This document shows positions 27,149 to 35,884 of a stretch of 64,000 nucleotides of DNA, piece by piece. Numbering within the stretch: position 1 is the stretch's first letter; each line of letters opens with the position of its first letter. The notes below the pieces were generated by a model. It was not told the DNA's origin and searched no databases. It saw only the letters and a list, made by a program, of their open reading frames with translations. The stretch is from a virus (lineage: Duplodnaviria > Caudoviricetes). The position numbers and the translations under genes are program-made. The stretch lies in the IMG/VR virus record IMGVR_UViG_3300037420_001796, positions 1-64,000 of that record. One strand, given 5' to 3'.

Positions 27149-28518
27149 TGGCCACGATCGTCAACGCACGGGACGTGCAGCTGCAGGCGACGAGTCCGCG
27201 CATGCAGACGGTCTCTCTCGGCTCGAACACGACCGTCGATTTTTCCAACGTCAACGGATCCACGAAGCCGTCCGACAACGCCGACGTCACCGTCACCGTG
27301 GTCAACGGTGGCCTGGTGCTGACCAGCGGAGGCATCACGATGTCCGGCGGCGGCTCGGTCAAGGGCGGCCAGACGGCCTTCGACACCGGCACGGGGTTCT
27401 TCCTCGGCTACTCGAGCACGACCTACAAGTTCAGCATCGGCAACAGCTCCGGCAACAAGCTCACGTGGGACGGCTCCAACCTTGCCATCGTCGGCAACAT
27501 TTCCGGAGCATCCAATCTGGATGTCACCGGCACGGGCCGCTTCAACGGTAGCAGCGGAACGATCGGCGGCAGCTCGTGGACGGTCACGGTCAACGACGCG
27601 GGCAACATCCGCGGCGGCTTGTACGCGCGCGGCGGGTCCTCGATCGCGGGCGTCTACGGCACAAGCGATTCCGGCATTGGGGTGATGGGAGAGACCACGT
27701 CCACCAGTTCGTCCAACGCGGTGTACGGCCACAACCAAGGAACGGGCGGCGCCGCAGGCAGCTTCGTCGCGGAGAACTCCAACGCGCGTGCGGTTGACGC
27801 GTTCCACAACGTCAACTCAGGGACCAACTCCGGCTATGCCCTGCGCGCGCAGGGGCGCTACACGCAGACTTGCTCGGGCACCAGCGACATCGGCATGTAC
27901 GTCGAGACGCGTGGCTCTTCGTCGGGCGCTGCGCAGTTCTTCAACTACCTGGGCGGCTCCAGTACGAGCAAGGAATTCTGGGCGGCGCCGGGCTCGTATG
28001 CGGCGTATTCGCCCAGCGGCAAGGGCAAGTACTACTTCCCCGACGGCGCGGGCCCGTTCACGGGCTTTCACCCGGCATTCGTCGCGCGCGATTGCCCCGA
28101 CAACTTCGAAGTTGGCGACATCGTCGTCGACGAGAAGATGGTCATGAAAGAAGACATCAGCAACGTCGTGGGCACGGCGCGGCTTTCCTCCAAGCCGAAC
28201 CAGCGCGGCGTGCTTGGCGTCGTGAACGAGATCAAGGACATCACGATCGAGTTCACCTACGAGCAGTTCTGGACGTTCGCTCCGGACTACAAGCTGATGG
28301 ACGTCAACGCCTTGGGCGAGGGCCAGATCAATGTTTGTGGGGAGGGGGGTGACATAGAGCTGGGTGACTTGCTAGTGTCTTCCTCCATTCCCGGAAAAGG
28401 GATGAAGCAACAGGACGACATCGTGCGCTCCTACACCGTGGCCAAGGCCCGGGAGCCGGTGACGTTCAGCAGTCCGAGCGAGGTCAAACAGATCGCCTGC
28501 ATCTACCTTGCCGGATGA
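27148..28518 (+). CDS. tail fibre/spike with C-terminal autocleaving chaperone-like domain (peptidase G2 type)
   Basis: Gly/Ser/Asn-rich body; FTGFH...VNALGEGQINV...GDLLVSS..PGKGMKQ.DD...YTVAK C-terminus. Confidence 0.65.
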   Translation: MATIVNARDVQLQATSPRMQTVSLGSNTTVDFSNVNGSTKPSDNADVTVTVVNGGLVLTSGGITMSGGGSVKGGQTAFDTGTGFFLGYSSTTYKFSIGNSSGNKLTWDGSNLAIVGNISGASNLDVTGTGRFNGSSGTIGGSSWTVTVNDAGNIRGGLYARGGSSIAGVYGTSDSGIGVMGETTSTSSSNAVYGHNQGTGGAAGSFVAENSNARAVDAFHNVNSGTNSGYALRAQGRYTQTCSGTSDIGMYVETRGSSSGAAQFFNYLGGSSTSKEFWAAPGSYAAYSPSGKGKYYFPDGAGPFTGFHPAFVARDCPDNFEVGDIVVDEKMVMKEDISNVVGTARLSSKPNQRGVLGVVNEIKDITIEFTYEQFWTFAPDYKLMDVNALGEGQINVCGEGGDIELGDLLVSSSIPGKGMKQQDDIVRSYTVAKAREPVTFSSPSEVKQIACIYLAG

Positions 28519-28545
28519 CCGGTTGGCAGAAAAGAAGAACAAGAA

Positions 28546-29376
28546 ATGCCGAACCTTCGAATCATTTACGACAACGCCGCCGATCGGGCGACCTCGATCG
28601 CTGCCGACTCGACGTCGGGCAGCCTCGTTGCGTCCAATATGCAGACCGACTTGAAGGGCCAGGTGCATCGATCCACGGCCACGAGCGTGAAGTACACGCT
28701 GACGTGGACCAACGGAGAGTCCATCGGGGGCGCCGCACTTCCCGCGGTCAATCTCACCGCGTCCGCGACCATCCAGGTCAAGGCATACAGCGATACCGCG
28801 GGTATCACGCTGATCGGTGACACCGGCGTTGTGAACGCCTGCCCAGGCGCGGACCTTGGATCGTGGGACTGGTCGATGCCGCTGAACGCCAACGCCTTCG
28901 CGTTCGGCGGCGCCGCGAAGACGGCCGTGTGGTTCGACAGCCAGCTGTTCGTCAAACGTCTGGAGATCTACCTCGTCGACACGAGCAACGCCGCGGGCTA
29001 CATCGACTGCGCACGCATCGTCGCTGGCCCTTACTGGGAGCCGAGCGTGCAGGCCGATTACGGCGTGACGCCGCAGACCGTCGACACGACCGACTCGCGC
29101 CGCAACGACGCGGGCGACTTGATCCCCGACGCAGGCACGCTGCACGACCATCTCGAGCTTGACTTGAAGATGATGGACGAGACCGATCGTGCGGGTCTCA
29201 TGCGCATCATGCGCTCCGTCGGCACGCGGGGAAACATCTTCCTCAGCGTCCTGCCCGGCAACGGCCTGTCCGTCCAGGAGCAGGACCACATGATCTACGG
29301 CAAGCGGCAAAACGCCGGCGTGCCGTTCGACTTCTACAACTCTTTCTCGAACAAGCTCGTAGTGGAGGGCTGGTAA
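28546..29376 (+). CDS. tail protein (distal-tail-like)
   Basis: 276 aa, A-rich leader, within tail module. Confidence 0.6.
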   Translation: MPNLRIIYDNAADRATSIAADSTSGSLVASNMQTDLKGQVHRSTATSVKYTLTWTNGESIGGAALPAVNLTASATIQVKAYSDTAGITLIGDTGVVNACPGADLGSWDWSMPLNANAFAFGGAAKTAVWFDSQLFVKRLEIYLVDTSNAAGYIDCARIVAGPYWEPSVQADYGVTPQTVDTTDSRRNDAGDLIPDAGTLHDHLELDLKMMDETDRAGLMRIMRSVGTRGNIFLSVLPGNGLSVQEQDHMIYGKRQNAGVPFDFYNSFSNKLVVEGW

Positions 29377-31359
29377 ATGACCGCGCCGTTTGCGACCAAC
29401 ACACCCGGCCCTCAGGCTGTCCAATACCTCAATGACCTGTGGGACCGAGTTACCACTGGCTTTCAGGGAACGAGCACGACCAGCAACACCATCGGGCTGG
29501 GCACGCTGAATTTCACCATCGAGGTCGACAAGTCTTTCGCGACGGGCAATGACGTTCGCCTTGCTGTCACTGCCGATCCTACGAAGTACGTGCAAGGCAC
29601 GGTGCTGTCGTACAACTCGACGACCGGCGCGCTGAGCGTCAACGTGACTTCCACTTCCGGCACCGGCACGTTCGCGGCGTGGAGCATCACGCTCGAGGGC
29701 GGCGCGGGACCGCAGGGCGACCCCGGCCCCGGCTACAAGGCCACCAGCACGACGAGCCTTGCAACAGCGGGCACCGGCTCGAAGGTGTTCACGACGCAGT
29801 CCGGCCTTGCGTACTCCACTGGCGCGCGCGTGCGCGCGACGTCGGCGGGCACTGGCGAGTGGATGGAAGGTGTCGTGTCTGCGTACAGCGGCACGACCCT
29901 GACCGTCACCATGGACTCGAACTCGGGCACGGGCACGCACGCGGACTGGAACCTGAACGTCAGTGGCCAGCAGGGCGCGCCGGGAACCAACGGCACGAAC
30001 GGCACCAACGGGACGAATGGCACGAACGGCACCGACGGTGTCAACGCAGGCGTGGGCTTCGTGTTCAGCACGACGACCACGGACACGGACCCGGGCAACG
30101 GCAACGTGCAGGCGAACAACGCGACGTTCGCCTCGATCACGCAGTTGTTCTTCGACAACCTCGATTCCGGCGGCAACGATGTCACGGCCTGGCTTGACTC
30201 GTTCGACGACAGCACCAGCCCCACCATCAAAGGCAACATCGTTGTTCGGGGCGCCTCGCCCTCGTCGACGGCCCTTGCGCTATTCAGCGTCAACGGCACG
30301 GTCGTGAACGGCACGGGATATCGCAAGGTTCCTGTCACACCTGTCAGCGGTGCGCTTCCCGCCAACGGCACGGCTCTTCGTGTCACGTTCTCGCGCGCAG
30401 GCGACAAGGGCGCTGACGGCGCGGGTTCCGGCGACGTCGTCGGCCCTTCCGCTTCCGTTGACGGGGAACTCGTTCAGTTCAGCGGCACGACCGGCAAGTT
30501 GATCAAGCGGGCGACGGGCACAGGCCTTGTGAATATCACGTCGGGCGTTGTCTCGACGATCACTCTCGACACGGACAGCACTCTCGCGGCAAACAGTGAC
30601 ACCGCGGTTGCTACTCAGAAGGCGGTGAAGACGTACGCCAACTCGCTGTTTGGGGCCAACGACGCGATGGTGTACAAGGGTGTCATCAGTTGCTCGGCGA
30701 ATCCGAATTATCCGGCCGCGGATGCGGGTCACACGTACCGCGTGAGCAGCGCCGGCAAGATCGGCGGCGCGTCTGGCATCAACGTCGAAGTGGGCGACAT
30801 TCTGCTGTGCGCGGTCGACGGCACTGCTTCGGGTACGCAAGCTGCGGTGGGTGCGAACTGGGACATCATCCAGACGAACATCGATGGCGCAGTGACGCTC
30901 ACGGGCGCGCAGACGCTGCAAAGCAAGACGCTCGGCACAGGCACGACCCTCGGCGACAACGTCACCGGCGGCGACTTCCAGCTTACGCGCACTATGTTCA
31001 AGGACTGCGCCGTCGCTTACTACGACAGCGGCAGCACGAGCGCGCTTGACTACACGAACGGGTCCCACCAGCGATGGGCACCGACGGCGTCGAGCAACCC
31101 GACGTTGAGCATCTCCAACTGGCCGCCGACAGGCAACCTCGGCGCGCTGTTGATCGAAGGCATCAACCTCGGCGCCGCTGGCACGATCACGATGCCTACG
31201 ATCAACTGGGTCAAGCCCGACGGCACGACGACCACGAGCTTCAGCACGTGGCTGGCAGCCATGACGGGCCGCACTTCGCTTCAGTCGTCGGGAACTGACT
31301 GGATCAAGGTCTGGACGCGCGACGGAGGTACCACACTTTACGGGACGTTCGCAGCATGA
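29377..31359 (+). CDS. tail fibre protein with collagen-like segment
   Basis: 660 aa Thr/Gly-rich, two tandem ~75-aa domains, (G-T-N)n run at 29965-30045. Confidence 0.75.
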   Translation: MTAPFATNTPGPQAVQYLNDLWDRVTTGFQGTSTTSNTIGLGTLNFTIEVDKSFATGNDVRLAVTADPTKYVQGTVLSYNSTTGALSVNVTSTSGTGTFAAWSITLEGGAGPQGDPGPGYKATSTTSLATAGTGSKVFTTQSGLAYSTGARVRATSAGTGEWMEGVVSAYSGTTLTVTMDSNSGTGTHADWNLNVSGQQGAPGTNGTNGTNGTNGTNGTDGVNAGVGFVFSTTTTDTDPGNGNVQANNATFASITQLFFDNLDSGGNDVTAWLDSFDDSTSPTIKGNIVVRGASPSSTALALFSVNGTVVNGTGYRKVPVTPVSGALPANGTALRVTFSRAGDKGADGAGSGDVVGPSASVDGELVQFSGTTGKLIKRATGTGLVNITSGVVSTITLDTDSTLAANSDTAVATQKAVKTYANSLFGANDAMVYKGVISCSANPNYPAADAGHTYRVSSAGKIGGASGINVEVGDILLCAVDGTASGTQAAVGANWDIIQTNIDGAVTLTGAQTLQSKTLGTGTTLGDNVTGGDFQLTRTMFKDCAVAYYDSGSTSALDYTNGSHQRWAPTASSNPTLSISNWPPTGNLGALLIEGINLGAAGTITMPTINWVKPDGTTTTSFSTWLAAMTGRTSLQSSGTDWIKVWTRDGGTTLYGTFAA

Positions 31360-31976
31360 ACCTCCTCGACATCATGATGATGAAGAGGCCGGCGATCAAA
31401 TCTGGGCCCACATTCCGGTCGGTTGGTACGGCAGTAGCCGGATCGAATCCAACAGTCGGCACTCCCCCCGGGTTTCAGGCCGGCGACTTGCTCGTGCTCG
31501 CGGGAACAGGCGGGCAGAATGCGTACTCGCTGCCAGCAGGTTGGTCCAACGGAGAATCCGCAGGCAACGCGCCACGTGAAGCCTTGTTCTATAAGTTTGC
31601 GACGGGCTCTGAAACTTCGGTATCCGTTAGCAATGGAGGCGGAAGTGGGCAGATAGTGATGCTCGCGTACAGCGGCGTTACCGCTCTGGATGTGCTGGGT
31701 ACTCGCAAGACAGCATCGACCGCGACCGCGTCGACTAATTCGCTCACCACGAGCGTTCCCAATGCGCTCGTCATCAGCCTGTTCTCGGAAGACACCACGG
31801 GCACCGTACCGGGCACTGTCACTGGCACGACTATCCGCTACGCAGACAACACGACTGGCCGTTCGCTCGTGGTAGTCGATGAGATCCAGGCTGTTGCTGG
31901 AGCTAGCACTTCCCGCTCGTGCACCTTTGGTTTAGCCGCCAGTAACGCAGGATTTTCAGCCGCCTTCAAGCCATGA
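31356..31976 (+). CDS. putative fibre-associated / receptor-binding protein
   Basis: 206 aa beta-rich; visibly more A/T at third codon positions than neighbours. Confidence 0.55.
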   Translation: MNLLDIMMMKRPAIKSGPTFRSVGTAVAGSNPTVGTPPGFQAGDLLVLAGTGGQNAYSLPAGWSNGESAGNAPREALFYKFATGSETSVSVSNGGGSGQIVMLAYSGVTALDVLGTRKTASTATASTNSLTTSVPNALVISLFSEDTTGTVPGTVTGTTIRYADNTTGRSLVVVDEIQAVAGASTSRSCTFGLAASNAGFSAAFKP

Positions 31977-32539
31977 AGTACATCAACACACAGACACTCG
32001 AATACCCGTTTACCGAGTTGCAAATCAAAGTGCTGCCGCAATTCGACAACTGCGCGTTCGGAGATCCGTTCGTACCTCCGCCGCCGTTCGAAAAAGTAGT
32101 CGACACGGAGCCCCCGACGTACGACCCCGTCACGCAACTGCTCGTCGAGGTGACGCCTGTCGCAGACGCCTCTGGGGTGTGGTCTCAGCAGTGGTCGGTG
32201 CAGGCGCGGCCGCTCGCCGACGTACAGGCTGCAGTGTCGAACGACATCGTCGACAAGGTGCAGCAACGGCTTGACGACTTCGCGCGCACGCGCGACTACG
32301 ACGGAATCGCGAGCCTTGCGGGCTACGCAGGAGACGACGATCCTGTCTTCAACGTCGAAGGCACATACGGCAAGAAGATGCGCAGCCAAACGTGGCGCAA
32401 GGTCTATCAGATCCAGTCCGATGCGAACGCGGGCAACTGGCCGACGGCCGGCGCCGGGCAGATGCCGATGTCCTACGCAGACATCGAGTCGTCGCTTCCG
32501 GCACTCGCCTGGCCGAATCAAGTGGGGCAGACGACATGA
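31973..32539 (+). CDS. tail fibre assembly-like protein (DUF4376-like)
   Basis: P.YDPVTQ.L.E..P and VQQRLDDFARTRDYD.I.S motifs. Confidence 0.6.
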   Translation: MKYINTQTLEYPFTELQIKVLPQFDNCAFGDPFVPPPPFEKVVDTEPPTYDPVTQLLVEVTPVADASGVWSQQWSVQARPLADVQAAVSNDIVDKVQQRLDDFARTRDYDGIASLAGYAGDDDPVFNVEGTYGKKMRSQTWRKVYQIQSDANAGNWPTAGAGQMPMSYADIESSLPALAWPNQVGQTT

Positions 32540-32871
32540 CGTGGGAACCCGCGCTCATCCTCGCGTACCTGTGGGTCTTCTGGGGCATGTACGTGCTCGT
32601 CATGGGACTGTATCGCGCCTACCTCGACAACCGCTTGAGCCGGGCCGCCAAGGTCCTCGGCTTTCCGTACCTAGCCTTCGGCTACGTGATGGACGTCAGC
32701 TGCAATCTCACGATCGCCACGGTGGTGTTTCTGGAGCTGCCGCGCGAGGGGCTCGTGACACAGCGCCTCACGCGCCTGCAGCGCAGCTCCGGCTGGCGCC
32801 AGAAGGTCGCTTTCTGGGTGTGCACGAAGCTGCTTGACCCCTTCGATCCGAGCGGAAAGCACTGCTCGTAG
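32536..32871 (+). CDS. conserved phage membrane protein
   Basis: 111 aa, hydrophobic N-half, LVTQRL..WVC..LLDPFDPSGKHC. Confidence 0.65.
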   Translation: MTWEPALILAYLWVFWGMYVLVMGLYRAYLDNRLSRAAKVLGFPYLAFGYVMDVSCNLTIATVVFLELPREGLVTQRLTRLQRSSGWRQKVAFWVCTKLLDPFDPSGKHCS

Positions 32872-32893
32872 GAGTCAATCCCCGACAACGACG

Positions 32894-32928
32894 GGGATTC
32901 CATTTTGCCCAGCGTTCCCCCAAGTATG
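32894..32928 (+). promoter_or_regulatory. late promoter motif copy 6
   Basis: GGGATT-N18-CCCCAAGTATG before lysis cassette. Confidence 0.65.
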
Positions 32929-32955
32929 GGGGCCTGTCCGACAAGGAAAAGAACA

Positions 32956-33171
32956 ATGGACCAGGGTAACGTGTCGGCCGCAGGCCTGAAGTTGTGTGTG
33001 GCGTGGTTGGGGGTGTGTGCCAGCTACGTGATCTCGTGGCAGGACATCGCGGGCATGCTCGCTTCCCTGTACACGGCTCTCCTGATCGGAGAGTGGCTGT
33101 GGAAGCACGGCGTTCGGTATCTTCTTGAGCGCACCGGCTGGCTCAAGCCGAAGGCTCCGAAGTCCCCATGA
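32956..33171 (+). CDS. holin (possibly pinholin)
   Basis: 71 aa, 2 TM segments, basic C-terminus, overlaps endolysin start. Confidence 0.7.
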   Translation: MDQGNVSAAGLKLCVAWLGVCASYVISWQDIAGMLASLYTALLIGEWLWKHGVRYLLERTGWLKPKAPKSP

Positions 33172-33722
33172 GCTACGTTCCTGACGCGATCCGCAAGCGG
33201 GTTGTCGTCGGCCTGCTTTCGTTCTCCGCCGCGGGCCTGGTAGGCCTTGCCGGCCACGAGTACTACACCGATGACGCCGTGATCCCCGTCAAGGGCGACG
33301 TGCCCACGTACGGCTTTGGCATGACGCATCACCCCGATGGCACGCCGGTCAAGGTCGGTGAGAAGACGACGCCACCGAAGGCCCTGAGAGAGACACTGGA
33401 CCACATCAAGACAAGCGAGACGGAGCTGAAGAAGTGCGTCACCGCGCCCTTGTTTCAGGAGGAGTACGACGAGCTCGTCGACCATTCCTACCAGTACGGC
33501 GCGCGCGTGACTTGCAACTCCAGCATGGTCTCGCGCGCGAATGCCGGTGACTACGCCGGCTCGTGCAAGGCTTACCTAGAGTACCGCTACATCCACAAGG
33601 GCAAGCCCAACGAATACGACTGCTCGACGACCGTGAACGGGCAGCGCAATCACGTGTGCTGGGGGGTGTGGGAACGCTCCAAGCAGCACTACGACAACTG
33701 CATGGCCGCTCAGAGTAAGTAG
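33168..33722 (+). CDS. SAR endolysin, GH24 lysozyme
   Basis: N-terminal weakly hydrophobic Gly/Ala-rich helix; HE-x8-D-x5-T type catalytic region (GHEYYTDDAVIPVKGDVPTYGFG). Confidence 0.88.
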   Translation: MSYVPDAIRKRVVVGLLSFSAAGLVGLAGHEYYTDDAVIPVKGDVPTYGFGMTHHPDGTPVKVGEKTTPPKALRETLDHIKTSETELKKCVTAPLFQEEYDELVDHSYQYGARVTCNSSMVSRANAGDYAGSCKAYLEYRYIHKGKPNEYDCSTTVNGQRNHVCWGVWERSKQHYDNCMAAQSK

Positions 33723-33752
33723 GCCGAGAACAACAAGAAAGGCCCGCATGCC

Positions 33753-34319
33753 ATGGAAGCAATCGTCCTCGCCCTGCGGGGCGTCTGGGGACTCATCCCA
33801 AAAGGCCTGATCGCCGCGGCACTCGTCGCGGCTCTTGCCCTGAGCGCATACACCGGCGTGAAGCTGGTGCACACCGAACACGAGCTGTCGAAGCAAACGA
33901 CGGCACTTGCCACTGAACGCGCCGACCGTGCGCGAGAAAACGCGCAGCGCGCGGAAGTCGCCGCAGCTGCTCAAGACAACTTCCGAAAAGCGGAAATCTT
34001 GGCCTTCAACAAGGCCCAGGAGAACGACCTTGCCCTCAAGAAAGCCCTCGCTGCTCGCGACGCTGCTCATCGCCGCGAGCTTGCCGATCATGACGAGCTG
34101 CTCCACAACGTCGAAGCTTTCCTCGCCGCCGGTGGTGGTGACGTGCCCTCGACCTGCGCCGCTGACCTCCGAGCTGAGCGCAATCGATCTGCCACCCTCG
34201 GGAAGCTATTCCTTGAAGCTGACACAGCTGCGGGAGAAATGGAAGACGCAGCTGAGCGCCACCTCGAGCAAGCCCGCGGCCTCAAGCGCCAACTCGAGCT
34301 CGATCGCGAGGTGAAATGA
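33753..34319 (+). CDS. i-spanin (Rz-like)
   Basis: N-terminal TM plus long coiled coil after endolysin. Confidence 0.8.
   Translation: MEAIVLALRGVWGLIPKGLIAAALVAALALSAYTGVKLVHTEHELSKQTTALATERADRARENAQRAEVAAAAQDNFRKAEILAFNKAQENDLALKKALAARDAAHRRELADHDELLHNVEAFLAAGGGDVPSTCAADLRAERNRSATLGKLFLEADTAAGEMEDAAERHLEQARGLKRQLELDREVK
34030..34314 (+). CDS. o-spanin lipoprotein (Rz1-like), embedded in +1 frame
   Basis: TTG with AGGAG RBS, signal ...LLATLLIAASLPIMTS-C, Pro-rich mature part. Confidence 0.75.
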   Translation: MPSRKPSLLATLLIAASLPIMTSCSTTSKLSSPPVVVTCPRPAPLTSELSAIDLPPSGSYSLKLTQLREKWKTQLSATSSKPAASSANSSSIAR

Positions 34320-34492
34320 TGGACAAGGTCGCGATGTACCTCGGGTACGGGCTGATGGCGGCTTCTGGAGTCGCCGCGTTCGCCGGCATTGTGTATCTCG
34401 TCACTGAGGTCGCATGGCTTCAAGTGCGCCGCGTGAACGGCTTGAAGAACATCGTCAGCGCGCTGCGAGCACACGCGGACGGAGGCGAGTGA
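34316..34492 (+). CDS. small membrane protein
   Basis: 58 aa read manually (MMDKVAMYLGYG...), overlapping starts and stops on both sides. Confidence 0.6.
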   Translation: MMDKVAMYLGYGLMAASGVAAFAGIVYLVTEVAWLQVRRVNGLKNIVSALRAHADGGE

Positions 34493-34896
34493 TGGCCTCG
34501 AAGAAGACGGCGGAAAAGAGCGTCGAGAAGGCGCCGAACGACATCTTCAAGGGCCTGCCTCGTCGCGTCCACATCGGCCCCCGCACGTACCGCATCAAGA
34601 TCGAGAACCCCGACACGGATCCCGACATGATCGAGAACTACGGCATGACCCATCACGAGGACTTTCGCATCGTCCTCGCTGACAACATGCCGGCAATGCT
34701 TGCGGCGGAGATCGTGCAGCACGAAGTCAGCCACTGCATCAACGCCGTCTACAACGTGGAGGACGGCGCCGATGAGGAATTCGCGGTGACGCAGCACTCC
34801 CGCGGCTTGACCGAAGTGTGGTTACGCAATCCGCGCTTTCACAACTGGATGATCAAAACGATTCGCCGCGCTCGCAAGGAAGCGGCTCAAGACTGA
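34492..34896 (+). CDS. small HExxH metallopeptidase-like protein
   Basis: IVQHEVSHCIN motif, 134 aa. Confidence 0.65.
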   Translation: MASKKTAEKSVEKAPNDIFKGLPRRVHIGPRTYRIKIENPDTDPDMIENYGMTHHEDFRIVLADNMPAMLAAEIVQHEVSHCINAVYNVEDGADEEFAVTQHSRGLTEVWLRNPRFHNWMIKTIRRARKEAAQD

Positions 34897-34905
34897 AAGG
34901 ACGAA

Positions 34906-35103
34906 ATGACTCTGGTGGATCTGGTGCGCAAGCTTGGCAAGGTGGAGTTGAGCCTGGAGTTCGACGATCCGGAAAAGCCGGTGCTGAAGGTGGCACGCGG
35001 CGGTCGCGAAGCGCTTGTGCAAGCGGACGTGGTGCAGTTTGCAACCGGCGGGTCCGTCGTGCTGGTGCACGCGGTGCCGGAGAACCCGACAACGTCGGTG
35101 TGA
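34906..35103 (+). CDS. hypothetical protein
   Basis: 65 aa, AAGGA RBS. Confidence 0.6.
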   Translation: MTLVDLVRKLGKVELSLEFDDPEKPVLKVARGGREALVQADVVQFATGGSVVLVHAVPENPTTSV

Positions 35104-35114
35104 AGGAGAGGGCG

Positions 35115-35414
35115 ATGGATTGTGTTTTCGCGTTTACCGAGATGGGCGTCTCATCGTTCCCGGGCTACGTGAACCTGAGCGATCGAGACGGGGTAGCGGA
35201 GCTGACTGTCCGCACGCGCGGGCACGATGGTATGCAGTGCGCTGTGATGCCTGTGCCAGATGACCAGCTGTGGGTGCTGGTCGAGAGTGTGAAGTCGTAC
35301 CTGCAGAAGAAGGGGTTCAGGCCGCACGTGGGCCTCGCGGCGGAGGACTTCGAGCTGCCGCCCGCTTGCCCGCTGCGTAACGAGGGCGACGACACTTGCG
35401 AGGCCTGCCAATGA
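35115..35414 (+). CDS. small protein with NrdA-like C-terminal CEACQ tail
   Basis: 99 aa, AAGGAG RBS, ends ACPLRNEGDDTCEACQ. Confidence 0.7.
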   Translation: MDCVFAFTEMGVSSFPGYVNLSDRDGVAELTVRTRGHDGMQCAVMPVPDDQLWVLVESVKSYLQKKGFRPHVGLAAEDFELPPACPLRNEGDDTCEACQ

Positions 35415-35674
35415 GCGTGCACACGGCCCTGCTGTGGTTCGGCACGTTCTGCGCGACCTTCGCGCTGGACCTGTGCTGGGTCTACTACATCCGCCAGGTC
35501 GAGCGCGGCAATCCGGTCGCCGCGGCGAGCTGGGCTGGCTTCCTTTACCTCACCGCGGCCGGCGCGACGGTGGGCTACGTCGAGAATCCGTGGCTGCTGG
35601 TGCCATCGACGGCCGGTGCGATCCTTGGCACGTTCACGGCGGTCACCTACGCGAAAAGGGTCGTGGAGGATTGA
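35411..35674 (+). CDS. small multi-pass membrane protein
   Basis: 87 aa, 3 hydrophobic helices. Confidence 0.65.
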   Translation: MSVHTALLWFGTFCATFALDLCWVYYIRQVERGNPVAAASWAGFLYLTAAGATVGYVENPWLLVPSTAGAILGTFTAVTYAKRVVED

Positions 35675-35677
35675 CCT

Positions 35678-35788
35678 ATGATGGCCTTCACGTTGTGGTG
35701 TTTGACGCAGCTCTTCTGGCTTGCATTGCTTGCCGTCGGTGTGGCTTTGTTCGGGGCCTTCGTCGGCGCGCTACTGGGCTACGAGTAG
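35678..35788 (+). CDS. hydrophobic peptide
   Basis: 36 aa MMAFTLWCLTQLFWL..., GGAGG RBS. Confidence 0.45.
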   Translation: MMAFTLWCLTQLFWLALLAVGVALFGAFVGALLGYE

Positions 35789-35839
35789 CAGAACCAGTAG
35801 CGCACCCCGGAGAGCGAACATTGGCGCGGGTTCCGACGC

Positions 35840-35884
35840 ATTGCAAATCCGTTTAGCTCGGTTCGACTCCGGGACGCGCCTCCA
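35840..35884 (+). mobile_element. attP core = 3' half of tRNA-Cys(GCA)
   Basis: ATTGCAAATCCGTTTAGCTCGGTTCGACTCCGGGACGCGCCTCCA: anticodon loop, T-arm, acceptor 3' strand and CCA; no D-arm; 150 nt upstream of integrase. Confidence 0.85.

Noticed and set aside
27148-32539. Diversity-generating retroelement targeting tail fibres
   Set aside because: No reverse transcriptase ORF and no TR/VR pair differing at adenines was seen in the window.
35823-35884. Complete functional tRNA-Cys gene
   Set aside because: Only 18 nt lie between the 5' G and the anticodon loop, with no D-arm. Reported as attP instead.
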